Assembly (NCBI GenBank): GCA_037444405.1
Contig: JBBIML010000012.1
Span: forward strand, 1-64,000
DNA length: 64,000 bases
Origin: Armatimonadota bacterium
GTDB taxonomy: Bacteria > Armatimonadota > Fimbriimonadia > Fimbriimonadales > GBS-DC
Reading direction: 5' to 3'
Positions within the stretch are counted from its first letter, which is position 1. The number at the start of each line of letters is the position of its first letter. The position numbers and the translations under genes are program-made. The notes beneath the pieces are model-generated. The model saw only the letters and a list, made by a program, of their open reading frames with translations. It searched no databases and was not told the DNA's origin. Shown piece after piece: positions 51,001 to 60,325 of the stretch.

Positions 51001-51555
51001 ATGCAAAAAGCGATCTATGGGGCGCTGCTGAGCGCCGGAATGGTGCTGGTTTTAACGGGTCTGATGACCGCTCAACCGAAGCAGGAGCTTCGCACCGTCG
51101 CTATCCGGGTTGGCGGGCTGCACTGCGAGGGCTGTGTGGAGCCTGTGGTGAAGGGGCTTCAGCAGGTGCGGGGCGTGCAGTCAGCCCAGCTCGATTTTAA
51201 GACGGCGACGGCGATTGTGCGCTACGACGAGGCGCAGGTTGCCCTCTCGCAGGTCGTGCTGGCGTTGCCCAAAATCCCGCACGCGATGGGACCCAGCTCC
51301 CGAATGCGCTATTCGGGTCAGCTCGCGCTGAACCTGCAGAAAGGTGACGCGCAGAAAGTCGCGCGGGCTTTGCAGAAGGTCGCCGGCGTGCAGAAGGTCA
51401 CGGTCAACAAAAATACCCTGCTGATTCAGTTCAAGCCGAACGCTTCGGTGCGCTATGCGCAGCTGGAGCAGGCACTGAAAAAGGCAGGGGGCACGCTGGC
51501 ACCCGTGCAGGCAGCTGGCGAGCAACACCAGCACAACCATGAGCATCATCATTAA
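51001..51555 (+). CDS. Exported heavy-metal-associated (HMA) domain protein
   Basis: Signal-like N-terminus, GLHCEGC, second degenerate HMA fold, His-rich tail. Confidence 0.82.
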   Translation: MQKAIYGALLSAGMVLVLTGLMTAQPKQELRTVAIRVGGLHCEGCVEPVVKGLQQVRGVQSAQLDFKTATAIVRYDEAQVALSQVVLALPKIPHAMGPSSRMRYSGQLALNLQKGDAQKVARALQKVAGVQKVTVNKNTLLIQFKPNASVRYAQLEQALKKAGGTLAPVQAAGEQHQHNHEHHH

Positions 51556-51614
51556 AGCCAGAGCAGGGGCAGTGTCTTCACAGGGGGCACTGTCCCTGCT
51601 GGAGGGAATAAACA

Positions 51615-53726
51615 ATGGGGCACTCACACCCTCACCATCATCGGGTTCATACGCCAGCGCCGCTGCCTGACCATCGTGAGCATCGCGAGTCGGCTCATGA
51701 CCAGCATGCGGGGCACACCATCGCGATGTTCCGCAATCGCTTCATCGTCTGCTCCGTGCTGACCATTCCGATTCTCATCTGGAGCGAGAGCATTCAGCAG
51801 TGGCTGGGCTTTCGGGCGCCGCGCTTTACAGGCAGCGATGCCGTTGTGCCCCTGTTGAGTGCGGCGGTCTTTCTCTATGGTGGAACCCCCTTTTTGCAGG
51901 GCGCGGTGCGCGAATGGCGTGCCCGCATACCGGGCATGATGACGCTGATCGCGCTGGCAATCAGCGTGGCGTTCGGGTACAGCCTCGCCACCACGCTGGG
52001 GCTGCGGGGCATGCCCTTCTACTGGGAGCTGGCGACCCTGATCGATGTGATGTTGCTGGGACACTGGCTGGAGATGGCAGCAATCGGCAGGGCGTCGCAG
52101 GCGCTGGAGCATCTGGTCGCACTGTTGCCCCCGCAGGCGCATCTGCTGCGCGGGGAGCAGGTGGTGGATGTACCGCTGGAGGCGGTGCAGGTGGGCGACC
52201 GCGTGCTGGTGCGCACGGGCGAGCAGGTGCCCGTGGACGGTGTGGTGCTGGAGGGGGTTTCCAGCGTGAACGAGGCGTTTCTGACGGGCGAATCGCGCCC
52301 TGTGCCCAAACAGCCAGGCGATGAGGTCGTGGCTGGCTCCATCAATCTGGAGGGGCGGCTGATTGTGGAGGCGCGGCGCGTGGGCACCGCCACCACACTC
52401 CACCAGCTAATGCGACTGGTAGAAGAGGCGCAGCACACACGCAGTCGCTTCCAGGTGCTGGGCGATCGGCTCGCCTTCTGGCTCACCGTGGTCGCGCTGC
52501 TGATGGCAGCGGGAGCAGGCATCGCGTGGCATCTCAGCGGTGTCGACTGGCAGTTCACGCTCGCCCGCGCTGTTACCGTGCTGGTTATCGCCTGCCCGCA
52601 CGCGCTGGGGCTGGCAATCCCGCTCATTCTGGTTCAAGCAACGGGGCGCGCCGCCCGCAACGGCATTCTGATTCGCAATCGTGAAGCCATCGAGCGCGCC
52701 CGCACCATTCAGGTGGTCGCGTTCGATAAGACGGGCACGCTCACGGAAGGGCGGTTCGCTGTTACGGGCATCTGGGTTGCAGGGATGGAAGAAACGACTG
52801 CCCTGCAAATCGCAGCGACGCTGGAGCAAAACACGAGCCATCCGCTGGCGCAGGCTCTGCTCGAAGCAGCCCAGGAGCGCGGCATCCTGCCCAGCAGGCT
52901 GGACGAGTTCCAAACCGCGCCCGGCAAGGGTGTGGAAGGGCGTATTGACGGTGCGCTTTACCGACTGGGACGCCCCGAATGGCTCGCGGAACTCGGCATT
53001 GAACAAACGCCAGCCCTTCAGACAGCTCTGGCACATGCCGAACAGCACGGCGAAACAACCATCGTGCTGTTCAACACGAACGGGGCGCAGGCAGCGTTCA
53101 CGCTCGCGGACCGCGTTCGCTCGGGTGCAAAAGAGGTTGTTGCGGCGCTCCATGCGATGGGCATTCAGGTCGTGATGATCACAGGCGACGCCGAAGCAGT
53201 GGCACGCACTGTCGCCGAGCAACTTCAGGTCGATACTTACTACGCACGGGTGCTGCCCGATCAGAAGGCGAACATTGTGCGCCAGATTCGCGAGGGGGGT
53301 CAGCGGGTTGCCTTTGTGGGCGATGGCATCAACGATGCACCTGCCCTGCTCGCCGCCGATATCGGCTTCGCCATCGGTGCGGGCACGAATGTCGCTATCG
53401 AATCCGCTGATGTGGTGCTGGTTGAGAACGACCCGCGCGATGTGGTCTTCTTCCTGCGACTGGCACGACTGGGCTACACCAAAATGGTGCAGAACCTGTT
53501 CTGGGCAACGGGCTACAACCTGATTGCCCTGCCCCTGGCGGCGGGTGTGGCGGCGCGCTGGGGGCTACTGCTCTCACCCGCAGTGGGCGCACTGCTGATG
53601 AGCCTGTCGACGGTGATTGTCGCGATAAACGCGCTCCTGCTCCGCCGCGCAAGGCTCGATAACGGCGAAGCCACTCCACATCAGCATAGCCATACAACTC
53701 ACGCTACAGGAGGGAAACAGCTATGA
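51615..53726 (+). CDS. copB: P1B-type copper-transporting ATPase (CopB type)
   Basis: His-rich N-terminus, TGES, CPHALG, DKTGT, GDGINDAP, YN..., MSLST. Confidence 0.9.
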   Translation: MGHSHPHHHRVHTPAPLPDHREHRESAHDQHAGHTIAMFRNRFIVCSVLTIPILIWSESIQQWLGFRAPRFTGSDAVVPLLSAAVFLYGGTPFLQGAVREWRARIPGMMTLIALAISVAFGYSLATTLGLRGMPFYWELATLIDVMLLGHWLEMAAIGRASQALEHLVALLPPQAHLLRGEQVVDVPLEAVQVGDRVLVRTGEQVPVDGVVLEGVSSVNEAFLTGESRPVPKQPGDEVVAGSINLEGRLIVEARRVGTATTLHQLMRLVEEAQHTRSRFQVLGDRLAFWLTVVALLMAAGAGIAWHLSGVDWQFTLARAVTVLVIACPHALGLAIPLILVQATGRAARNGILIRNREAIERARTIQVVAFDKTGTLTEGRFAVTGIWVAGMEETTALQIAATLEQNTSHPLAQALLEAAQERGILPSRLDEFQTAPGKGVEGRIDGALYRLGRPEWLAELGIEQTPALQTALAHAEQHGETTIVLFNTNGAQAAFTLADRVRSGAKEVVAALHAMGIQVVMITGDAEAVARTVAEQLQVDTYYARVLPDQKANIVRQIREGGQRVAFVGDGINDAPALLAADIGFAIGAGTNVAIESADVVLVENDPRDVVFFLRLARLGYTKMVQNLFWATGYNLIALPLAAGVAARWGLLLSPAVGALLMSLSTVIVAINALLLRRARLDNGEATPHQHSHTTHATGGKQL

Positions 53727-55444
53727 AAAAATGGTTCCCGATTCTCAGCAGCCTTATTCTGCTGGCAGGACTCACATGGGGCACATGGTGGGTTGTGCAG
53801 ACAAAGCGCCCGCCGGGTGCGATGACCCCCTTGGAGGCGCAGGGGATGGATATGACGGTCATGAAACCCCCGCGCGGCGCGTTCCCTGTAAGCACGGAAG
53901 AGGTGCAACCGCGCCCGTTCCTGCCCTCCGTCGCCTATCCCGCCACCTTCCGCGCCTACAACGAGGAGGTTCTCCGCGCCCGCATCACGGGCAAATTGAT
54001 GGGGACCCGTGTCTATCCCGGCGACCGCGTGCAACCGGGTCAGTTGCTGGCGCTGATTGAGCCAGAGGAGTATCAGGCGCTGGCACAGGGCGCTGAAGGT
54101 GGGCTGCAGATGGCACTGGCAGAGCAGAGGGAAGCCCTCTCGATGGTGCAGGAAGCCAACGCGGCGCTTCAGGCGGCGAAAGCGCGCTTCCAGCAAGCAC
54201 AGGCGGAAGTGGACGAAGCCCAGCAGATGCTCCGCGCCGCCGGCGCCGAGTTGCGAACGGCTCAGGCGCAACTGGAACAGATGGAAACCGAGATTCGGGC
54301 GGCGCGCGCAGAAGTGGAGTTCTGGCAGGCGGAATCGGAGCGCCAGAACGCCCTGTTGCAGAAAGGCTTCGTGTCGAAACGCGACGCCCAGGCAGCGGAG
54401 ACACGCCTCAAGCAAGCGCGTGAGAGCCTGCAGGCAGCACAGGCAGCCTACCGTTCGCAACAGTCGCGGGTTGAGCAGTTGCAGGCGAATCGCGAGGCGA
54501 TGCGCGCCCGTGTGCAACGCGCCCAATCAGCACTCGATGCCGCTGAGCGTGAAGTTCAATCCGCAACGGCTCGCCAGCAAGCCGCCCAGGCGCGGCTCCA
54601 GCGCGCGCAAGCACAAATCCAAGCCGAGCAGGGCAAAACCCGCGCCGCTCAGCTGCAGGTTGCCTACACCCGCATCGTTGCGCTCAACCCGGGCGTCATC
54701 ACCGAACGCCTCACTGAGCCGGGCACCCTGGTTCAACCCGGCACGCCCATCTTCCGTCTGCAGAACACTACCCGGATTCGGGTTCAGGCGAAGGTCGCCG
54801 AACAGGACGCCGCCCGAATCCGCGTTGGATACCCCGTCTGGATTCGGCGCTACGCCGAGCCGAACCGTGTCTACACGGCGCGCGTGAGCGCCATCTTCCG
54901 CGAAGCGGAACCGAACACCCGCACAATGATTGTGGAAGCCATCCTGCCCAACCCCGACGGGCGCCTCAGCGTGGGTGAATACGCCGAAATGCGGATCGGG
55001 CTGCGTGGCGATTCCCGTCGCGCGCTCACCGTGCCCCAGCGCGCTATCCAGCACGACGAACATCAGCGCCCCTATGTGTGGGTGGTGGAAAAAGTGCATC
55101 GCCACACCAATCAGCCCACCACCTACTACTGCACGATGCACCCGCAGATAGAGCGAAACGAACCCGGAATCTGCCCCATCTGCAAGATGGAGCTGGTTCC
55201 CAAAGAGCAACCTGCCGACTATATCGCACGCCGACGCTATGTGAAAGTGGGACTCTCCGACGGCGAGCGCACCGAGATTCTGGACGGACTCAAGGCGGGC
55301 GACCAGGTGATTGTGTTTGGCTATGCGAGCCTGGTAGAGGGCGATCCCGTGTTCCCCACCGAATGGACCGCACGGGGACCCCGCCAGATTAACCCGCCCC
55401 AGTTCCAGCCATCTACCCCTTCACACGGAGGGCATGGACATTGA
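53723..55444 (+). CDS. RND efflux periplasmic adaptor (CusB-like) with metal-binding domain
   Basis: Lipoyl-like motifs, long coiled coil, YYCTMHPQI....PGICPICKMEL. Confidence 0.88.
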   Translation: MKKWFPILSSLILLAGLTWGTWWVVQTKRPPGAMTPLEAQGMDMTVMKPPRGAFPVSTEEVQPRPFLPSVAYPATFRAYNEEVLRARITGKLMGTRVYPGDRVQPGQLLALIEPEEYQALAQGAEGGLQMALAEQREALSMVQEANAALQAAKARFQQAQAEVDEAQQMLRAAGAELRTAQAQLEQMETEIRAARAEVEFWQAESERQNALLQKGFVSKRDAQAAETRLKQARESLQAAQAAYRSQQSRVEQLQANREAMRARVQRAQSALDAAEREVQSATARQQAAQARLQRAQAQIQAEQGKTRAAQLQVAYTRIVALNPGVITERLTEPGTLVQPGTPIFRLQNTTRIRVQAKVAEQDAARIRVGYPVWIRRYAEPNRVYTARVSAIFREAEPNTRTMIVEAILPNPDGRLSVGEYAEMRIGLRGDSRRALTVPQRAIQHDEHQRPYVWVVEKVHRHTNQPTTYYCTMHPQIERNEPGICPICKMELVPKEQPADYIARRRYVKVGLSDGERTEILDGLKAGDQVIVFGYASLVEGDPVFPTEWTARGPRQINPPQFQPSTPSHGGHGH

Positions 55445-55470
55445 GAGGACACAATCGCTCTACGGGGAGC

Positions 55471-55908
55471 CTATTGCGTGTCGAGCTGGTTCAGAAACTG
55501 CTGCACGCTCACGACCTGAATGCCGAACTCTGCCATTTTCTGAATCAGCTCGAGGTCGCGCTTGAGATCGTCATCGCGCGTAACAAGGTACTCCGCGCCA
55601 CCCTTGATGGCGGTCTCCAGAAACATGTTATCGTGCGGGTCGCGGCAGAGGTTTATTTCGCCTTGAATTTCCACCCACACGGCTCGCGCTTTGAGCAGGT
55701 TCATCAGTTCTTGCACAAGGTCTGGATGATAAGACATTCTTCGCATCAATCGTGGGCGCATCAGAACCTGCCAAAGTTCGTCCAGAAGCGGCTGGCTCAC
55801 CACCACGAGGAACTGCGCTTTCCGAAAGGCTTCCATAACCAGAGCGGGCGCGCCGTGAGGGTTCAGTACCGCCGATACCCAGACATTCGTATCGATCACG
55901 GCACGCAT
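55471..55908 (-). CDS. PIN-domain toxin (TIGR00305-like)
   Basis: MRAVIDTNVWVSA, CRDPHDNMFLE.A, YLVTRDDDL. Confidence 0.88.
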   Translation of the reverse strand: MRAVIDTNVWVSAVLNPHGAPALVMEAFRKAQFLVVVSQPLLDELWQVLMRPRLMRRMSYHPDLVQELMNLLKARAVWVEIQGEINLCRDPHDNMFLETAIKGGAEYLVTRDDDLKRDLELIQKMAEFGIQVVSVQQFLNQLDTQ

Positions 55909-56156
55909 CGCTGGCGATATTCTTCGTACGCCGCGGTAATCTCGGCTTCGATGTCTTCGGGAGGCTGGTACTGGGAAGCTCGACGGAACGCCTGGAGCAA
56001 CTGCTCCATGCGCTTCTGCCAGTCTTCCTCGGTAAGTTGCAGCCAGCGGCTAACGATCTCGCGAGCCAGCGCTTCAGGGCTGACCTGCCGACACTCTGCA
56101 AGGTACTGCAGGCGCTGCCAATCGGTCTCGCTCAAATCGATGTTCAAGGTTGCCAT
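55896..56156 (-). CDS. Putative antitoxin (ribbon-helix-helix-like)
   Basis: Small ORF overlapping the toxin start; ATLNIDLSE..W.RL..LA. Confidence 0.7.
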   Translation of the reverse strand: MATLNIDLSETDWQRLQYLAECRQVSPEALAREIVSRWLQLTEEDWQKRMEQLLQAFRRASQYQPPEDIEAEITAAYEEYRQRCVP

Positions 56157-56186
56157 CCCACCCCATTATACCACAGGAGGGCTGTC

Positions 56187-59100
56187 ATGAGTCAGCGCGG
56201 GTTCAATCTGATCGAGTGGAGTGTAAAGCATCCGTCGGCGGTGCTGGCGTTTTATACCGCTGTGATCGTGCTGGCAATCTGGGCGGTGGTCGCCTATCTA
56301 CCGCGCCGGATGATGCCCTACATCGAAAGCCCCCAGATCGGCATCGTGACGCGCATGCCCGGCTTGAGCGCCGAAGATATGGAGACCTACTACACCAAGC
56401 CCATCGAGCAGCGTATGACCGCGATCGCAGGCGTGCGCTACATCCGCAGCACAACCCAGGACGGCTACAGCATCGTGGTGCTGGAGTTCCCCTACGGCAC
56501 GGATATGCAGAAAAAACTTACCGAGGTTCAGGCGCTTATGACCATTACGCAGGACGATCTGCCGATGCAAGGCGCCAACGCCCAGCCCTCGTGGGTACTG
56601 CAGATTGACCCGCTGAACCTGCCCGTGCTGACCCTTGCCGTAACGGGCGACTCGCGCTGGACCCTCGCCCGCATGCGTGAAGTGCTGGAGAACGAGATTG
56701 CCGACCGCATCAAGCGCACCAGCGGTGACATCTACACCGTCTCGGTGTTCGGCGGCTACCGGCGCCAGATTCAGGTGATTGTGGACCGCAACAAACTCAC
56801 CGCCTACGGTCTTTCCATTCTGGATGTGCAACGCGCCGTCGATTCGTTCAACCTCGCCGCGCCTGCAGGACGACTCACAGCGGACGCCTACGAAGAGATT
56901 GTGCGTCTCGATACGCTCGCTCGCAACGCCCAGGAAGTGGCGAACTATCCCCTGAAAGCCGTCGGCGACCGTGTGGTATATATCCGCGATGTCGCCCGTG
57001 TGATTGATACCTACGACGAAAAACGCAGTGGCTACTTCCATCAGTGGCAACAGGGCGGCAAGTGGCAGGTGAATGAAGCCATCGCCGTCAATGTGCTACA
57101 GAACCCATGGGCAAGTTCCCCACGCGTGATTGAGGCGGTGATGAAGGAGCTCGAAGCCATCGAGCGCGACTACCCTGGCTTGAAGTTCCGTGTCGCCTAC
57201 AATAACGCCGAGTTTGTGGATGTCTTGTTGCGTAATCTCTGGGAAGAGCTGCTCGTGGCGGTACTGCTTGCAGGGCTGGTAGTGTGGCTCTTTCTGGGCG
57301 AATGGCGCATGACGCTGATTGCGCTCACGGCTATCCCGACCTCGATGGCGATGGCGATTCTCGCGCTGGTGCCGATGAACATGAGTCTCAACTCCAGCAC
57401 GCTGATCGGGCTGTTGTTCGGCATCGGGCGCCTGGTGGACGATGCGATTATTGACCTGCATGCGGTGCGCCGCCATATGCGCATGGGCAAAGACCCTGTG
57501 CAGGCAACCGTGGACGGCATCACGGAAGTGCGCCGCTCGGTGGCTGCCAGCACGCTGATGATAGTGATTGCGCTCACGCCCCTGCTATTTGCCGGGGGCA
57601 TCGTGGAGCAGATGTTCGTGGGGCTGGTGTGGCCGCTGATTTTCGGGCTGCTGGCGTCGTTTCTGGTCTCGATGACACTCACCGCGACGCTCGCGTCGCG
57701 CCTTCTGCATGGCATTTCCGATCAGCCGACGCGCATTGAGCGGTGGCTCATCCAACCGTTCCAGCGTGGGCTGGACAGGCTGGAGAACGGCTATACGCGT
57801 CTCATTCGCTGGCTCTTGCATCATCGGTTCGTAAATATGATGAGTATTCTGGCGACGCTGGCAGTGGGGTTCGGCTTCTATTACTTCATCGGCAGTGAGA
57901 TGATGCCGCTGGGTGATATTGGGCAAGCCTACCTGCGTCTGGAGATGCAGCCGGGCACTTCTTACGCCGCGACGGAACGCGCCGTGCGCCAGCTCCAGCA
58001 AATTATCCAGAAGTATCCTGAAATTCGCCATGTGTCGTGGGAGGTGGGCGCGGAGGGCGGTCCGGGCTACTACGAGGGCGCCTACTTCACAGGCTACGCC
58101 TCCATGCGCGAGAACACCGCGACCGCCATGATAACCCTCACCTCCAAAGACGAGCGCAGGCGCGACATCTGGCAGATTATCGACGCGATTCAGGCAGAGG
58201 CAACCGCCACCATCCCTGGTATCCGCCTGCTCCAGATTAAGGAGATGGGCGTGGATGTGATGGCGACCGCTGCCGCGCCCATCCAGATTCTCGTCTACGG
58301 ACCCGATTTTGAGCTGACCAGCCGCCTGGCAGAAGAGAGCCTGCGGATTGCGAAGGCGCAGGTCCCCGACCTGTTCCAGCCCGGCACCTCGTGGACGATG
58401 AATCGCCCCCTCTGGCGGTTGCGCATCGACCTGACCAAAGCGGCGCAGATGGGTTTCACACCCGAAGAGATTGCCCGTCAGGCGTTCTACGCGCTTAAAG
58501 GGGGCTATACTCAGCAGTTCTATCGCTTCCCGGAGCATGCGGACCGCCGCCAGACGACTATCCTCATCCGCTACGAAGAGTCGCAGCGCCTGCACCCTGC
58601 TGATCTGGAACAGTTGATGCTGGTGAACGCGCGCGGGGAGAGCGTGCCGCTGAAGGCGGTGGCGCGGGTGGAGTATACAGTTACGCCGACACTGATTGAG
58701 CGCGATGGGCTACGCCGCGTGGTCAGCCTGATGGGCTATTACCGCAAGGGCGACTATCAGCCACCGCGCCTTGATACAGATGGCGACGGTCAGGCGGATA
58801 CGGCTTTGTTTGACCTCCCGCATCCGCCACGCCCGTCGATGGATGTGGCGATGGATGTGATGATGAAAGCGATGGCGCAGGTCAATTGGCCCCCGCGCGA
58901 ATACGGCATGGAAGTACGCGGCGATATGACCCAGATGATGGATTCATTCCGGCGGATGATGATGGGCTTTCTGGTGGCGCTGCTGCTGATGTATCTAGTG
59001 CTGGTGGCGCAGTTTGGGGGCTTTTTGCAGCCGTTGCAGATGATTTTCAGCCTGCCGCTGGAACTGTCGGGCGTGTTTATCTTTCTGTGGCTGATGAAGC

Positions 59101-59501
59101 AAGCGTTCAGCACGGTGTCGTTGCTTGGCATTATCGTGCTGACGGGAATGGACATCACCGCCGCGATATTGATGATTGACCTGATTCTGGTGTTGCGGGC
59201 GCAGGGCATACCGCGCGATGAGGCGGTGGTGCAGGGTTGTGTGGACCGCTTACGCCCCATTCTGATGACGGTCATGGTCACCATCGCTGCGCTGGCGCCC
59301 GTCGCTTTCTTCCCGAAGATGGGCACCGACGCCTACCAGCCGCTGGCGACTGCGGTGATCGGCGGGCTGCTGATGGGCACAGTGCTGACCCTTATCGATA
59401 TCCCGATTATGCACACGCTGGTGGATGACCTGCTGCGCTGGCTGCGACGCGAGCGTCCCGAACCAGCCATCGGTTTACAAAATCCGCATGATGGGGTATA
59501 A
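56187..59501 (+). CDS. RND efflux permease (AcrB/CusA superfamily)
   Basis: PG.SAE.ME...T.PIE, LVDDAI, RLRPILMT, PLATAVIGG. ATG 56187 follows AGGAGG. Confidence 0.9.
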   Translation: MSQRGFNLIEWSVKHPSAVLAFYTAVIVLAIWAVVAYLPRRMMPYIESPQIGIVTRMPGLSAEDMETYYTKPIEQRMTAIAGVRYIRSTTQDGYSIVVLEFPYGTDMQKKLTEVQALMTITQDDLPMQGANAQPSWVLQIDPLNLPVLTLAVTGDSRWTLARMREVLENEIADRIKRTSGDIYTVSVFGGYRRQIQVIVDRNKLTAYGLSILDVQRAVDSFNLAAPAGRLTADAYEEIVRLDTLARNAQEVANYPLKAVGDRVVYIRDVARVIDTYDEKRSGYFHQWQQGGKWQVNEAIAVNVLQNPWASSPRVIEAVMKELEAIERDYPGLKFRVAYNNAEFVDVLLRNLWEELLVAVLLAGLVVWLFLGEWRMTLIALTAIPTSMAMAILALVPMNMSLNSSTLIGLLFGIGRLVDDAIIDLHAVRRHMRMGKDPVQATVDGITEVRRSVAASTLMIVIALTPLLFAGGIVEQMFVGLVWPLIFGLLASFLVSMTLTATLASRLLHGISDQPTRIERWLIQPFQRGLDRLENGYTRLIRWLLHHRFVNMMSILATLAVGFGFYYFIGSEMMPLGDIGQAYLRLEMQPGTSYAATERAVRQLQQIIQKYPEIRHVSWEVGAEGGPGYYEGAYFTGYASMRENTATAMITLTSKDERRRDIWQIIDAIQAEATATIPGIRLLQIKEMGVDVMATAAAPIQILVYGPDFELTSRLAEESLRIAKAQVPDLFQPGTSWTMNRPLWRLRIDLTKAAQMGFTPEEIARQAFYALKGGYTQQFYRFPEHADRRQTTILIRYEESQRLHPADLEQLMLVNARGESVPLKAVARVEYTVTPTLIERDGLRRVVSLMGYYRKGDYQPPRLDTDGDGQADTALFDLPHPPRPSMDVAMDVMMKAMAQVNWPPREYGMEVRGDMTQMMDSFRRMMMGFLVALLLMYLVLVAQFGGFLQPLQMIFSLPLELSGVFIFLWLMKQAFSTVSLLGIIVLTGMDITAAILMIDLILVLRAQGIPRDEAVVQGCVDRLRPILMTVMVTIAALAPVAFFPKMGTDAYQPLATAVIGGLLMGTVLTLIDIPIMHTLVDDLLRWLRRERPEPAIGLQNPHDGV

Positions 59502-59510
59502 TCCGCACAG

Positions 59511-60317
59511 ATGCGCGGCGTGATCGAACCCAACCACATCTATCTGATGGACTGTCGTGAGGGCATGCGCCTGATGCCCGATGAGTGGGTAGATTTGATT
59601 GTTACGGACCCTCCCTTCGCCATAGATTTCCACGCCCGACGCGCCAACTACAATCGCACCCCAGAGCGCGTGCTGGAGGGCTACAACGAAATCCCTGCCG
59701 AAGAGTATTACGAGTTCACGCTCTCATGGATGCGCGAGGCATACCGTGTGTTGAAGCGTTCGGGCAGTATGTATGTGTTTTCGGGGTGGAACAACCTGCG
59801 CGATATCCTGAATGCGCTCGACGCGGTCGGTTTCGAGGTGGTGAATCACATCATCTGGAAGTATCAGTTCGGCGTCTACACGAAGCGGCGCTTTGTAACC
59901 TCGCATTATCACTGCCTGTATGTGTGTAAAGACGATGCGCTCCGCCGCTTTTACCCCGATGCGCGGTTTCCTGCGAGCGTTCGCGACGCCGCTGGGCGCA
60001 GCCAACGCTATGCCGATATGGAAGATGTGTGGATTATCCCCCGCGAATACTGGAACGGGGATGTCAAAACGCCCACCAAGTTGCCCGCCGCGCTGGTAGA
60101 GAAGATTCTGCAATACTCTTCGGTGGAAGGCGACCTCGTGCTGGACCCGTTTCTGGGTTCGGGGCAGGTGGCTGTGATTGCGAAGCAGATGGGACGGCGC
60201 TACCTGGGCTTTGAGATTGTGCCTGAATATTATCAGTTTGCGCTACGGCGGCTTGAAGAGGGTGTTTATCGAATCAAGGCTATCAAGGAAGAGAAAGAAG
60301 TAAATCTTTCTCTGTAA
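59511..60317 (+). CDS. Beta-class N4-C/N6-A DNA methyltransferase (orphan)
   Basis: Catalytic DPPF precedes the SAM-binding VLDPFLGSG; no restriction enzyme gene adjacent. Confidence 0.88.
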   Translation: MRGVIEPNHIYLMDCREGMRLMPDEWVDLIVTDPPFAIDFHARRANYNRTPERVLEGYNEIPAEEYYEFTLSWMREAYRVLKRSGSMYVFSGWNNLRDILNALDAVGFEVVNHIIWKYQFGVYTKRRFVTSHYHCLYVCKDDALRRFYPDARFPASVRDAAGRSQRYADMEDVWIIPREYWNGDVKTPTKLPAALVEKILQYSSVEGDLVLDPFLGSGQVAVIAKQMGRRYLGFEIVPEYYQFALRRLEEGVYRIKAIKEEKEVNLSL

Positions 60318-60325
60318 AAAAAGCC

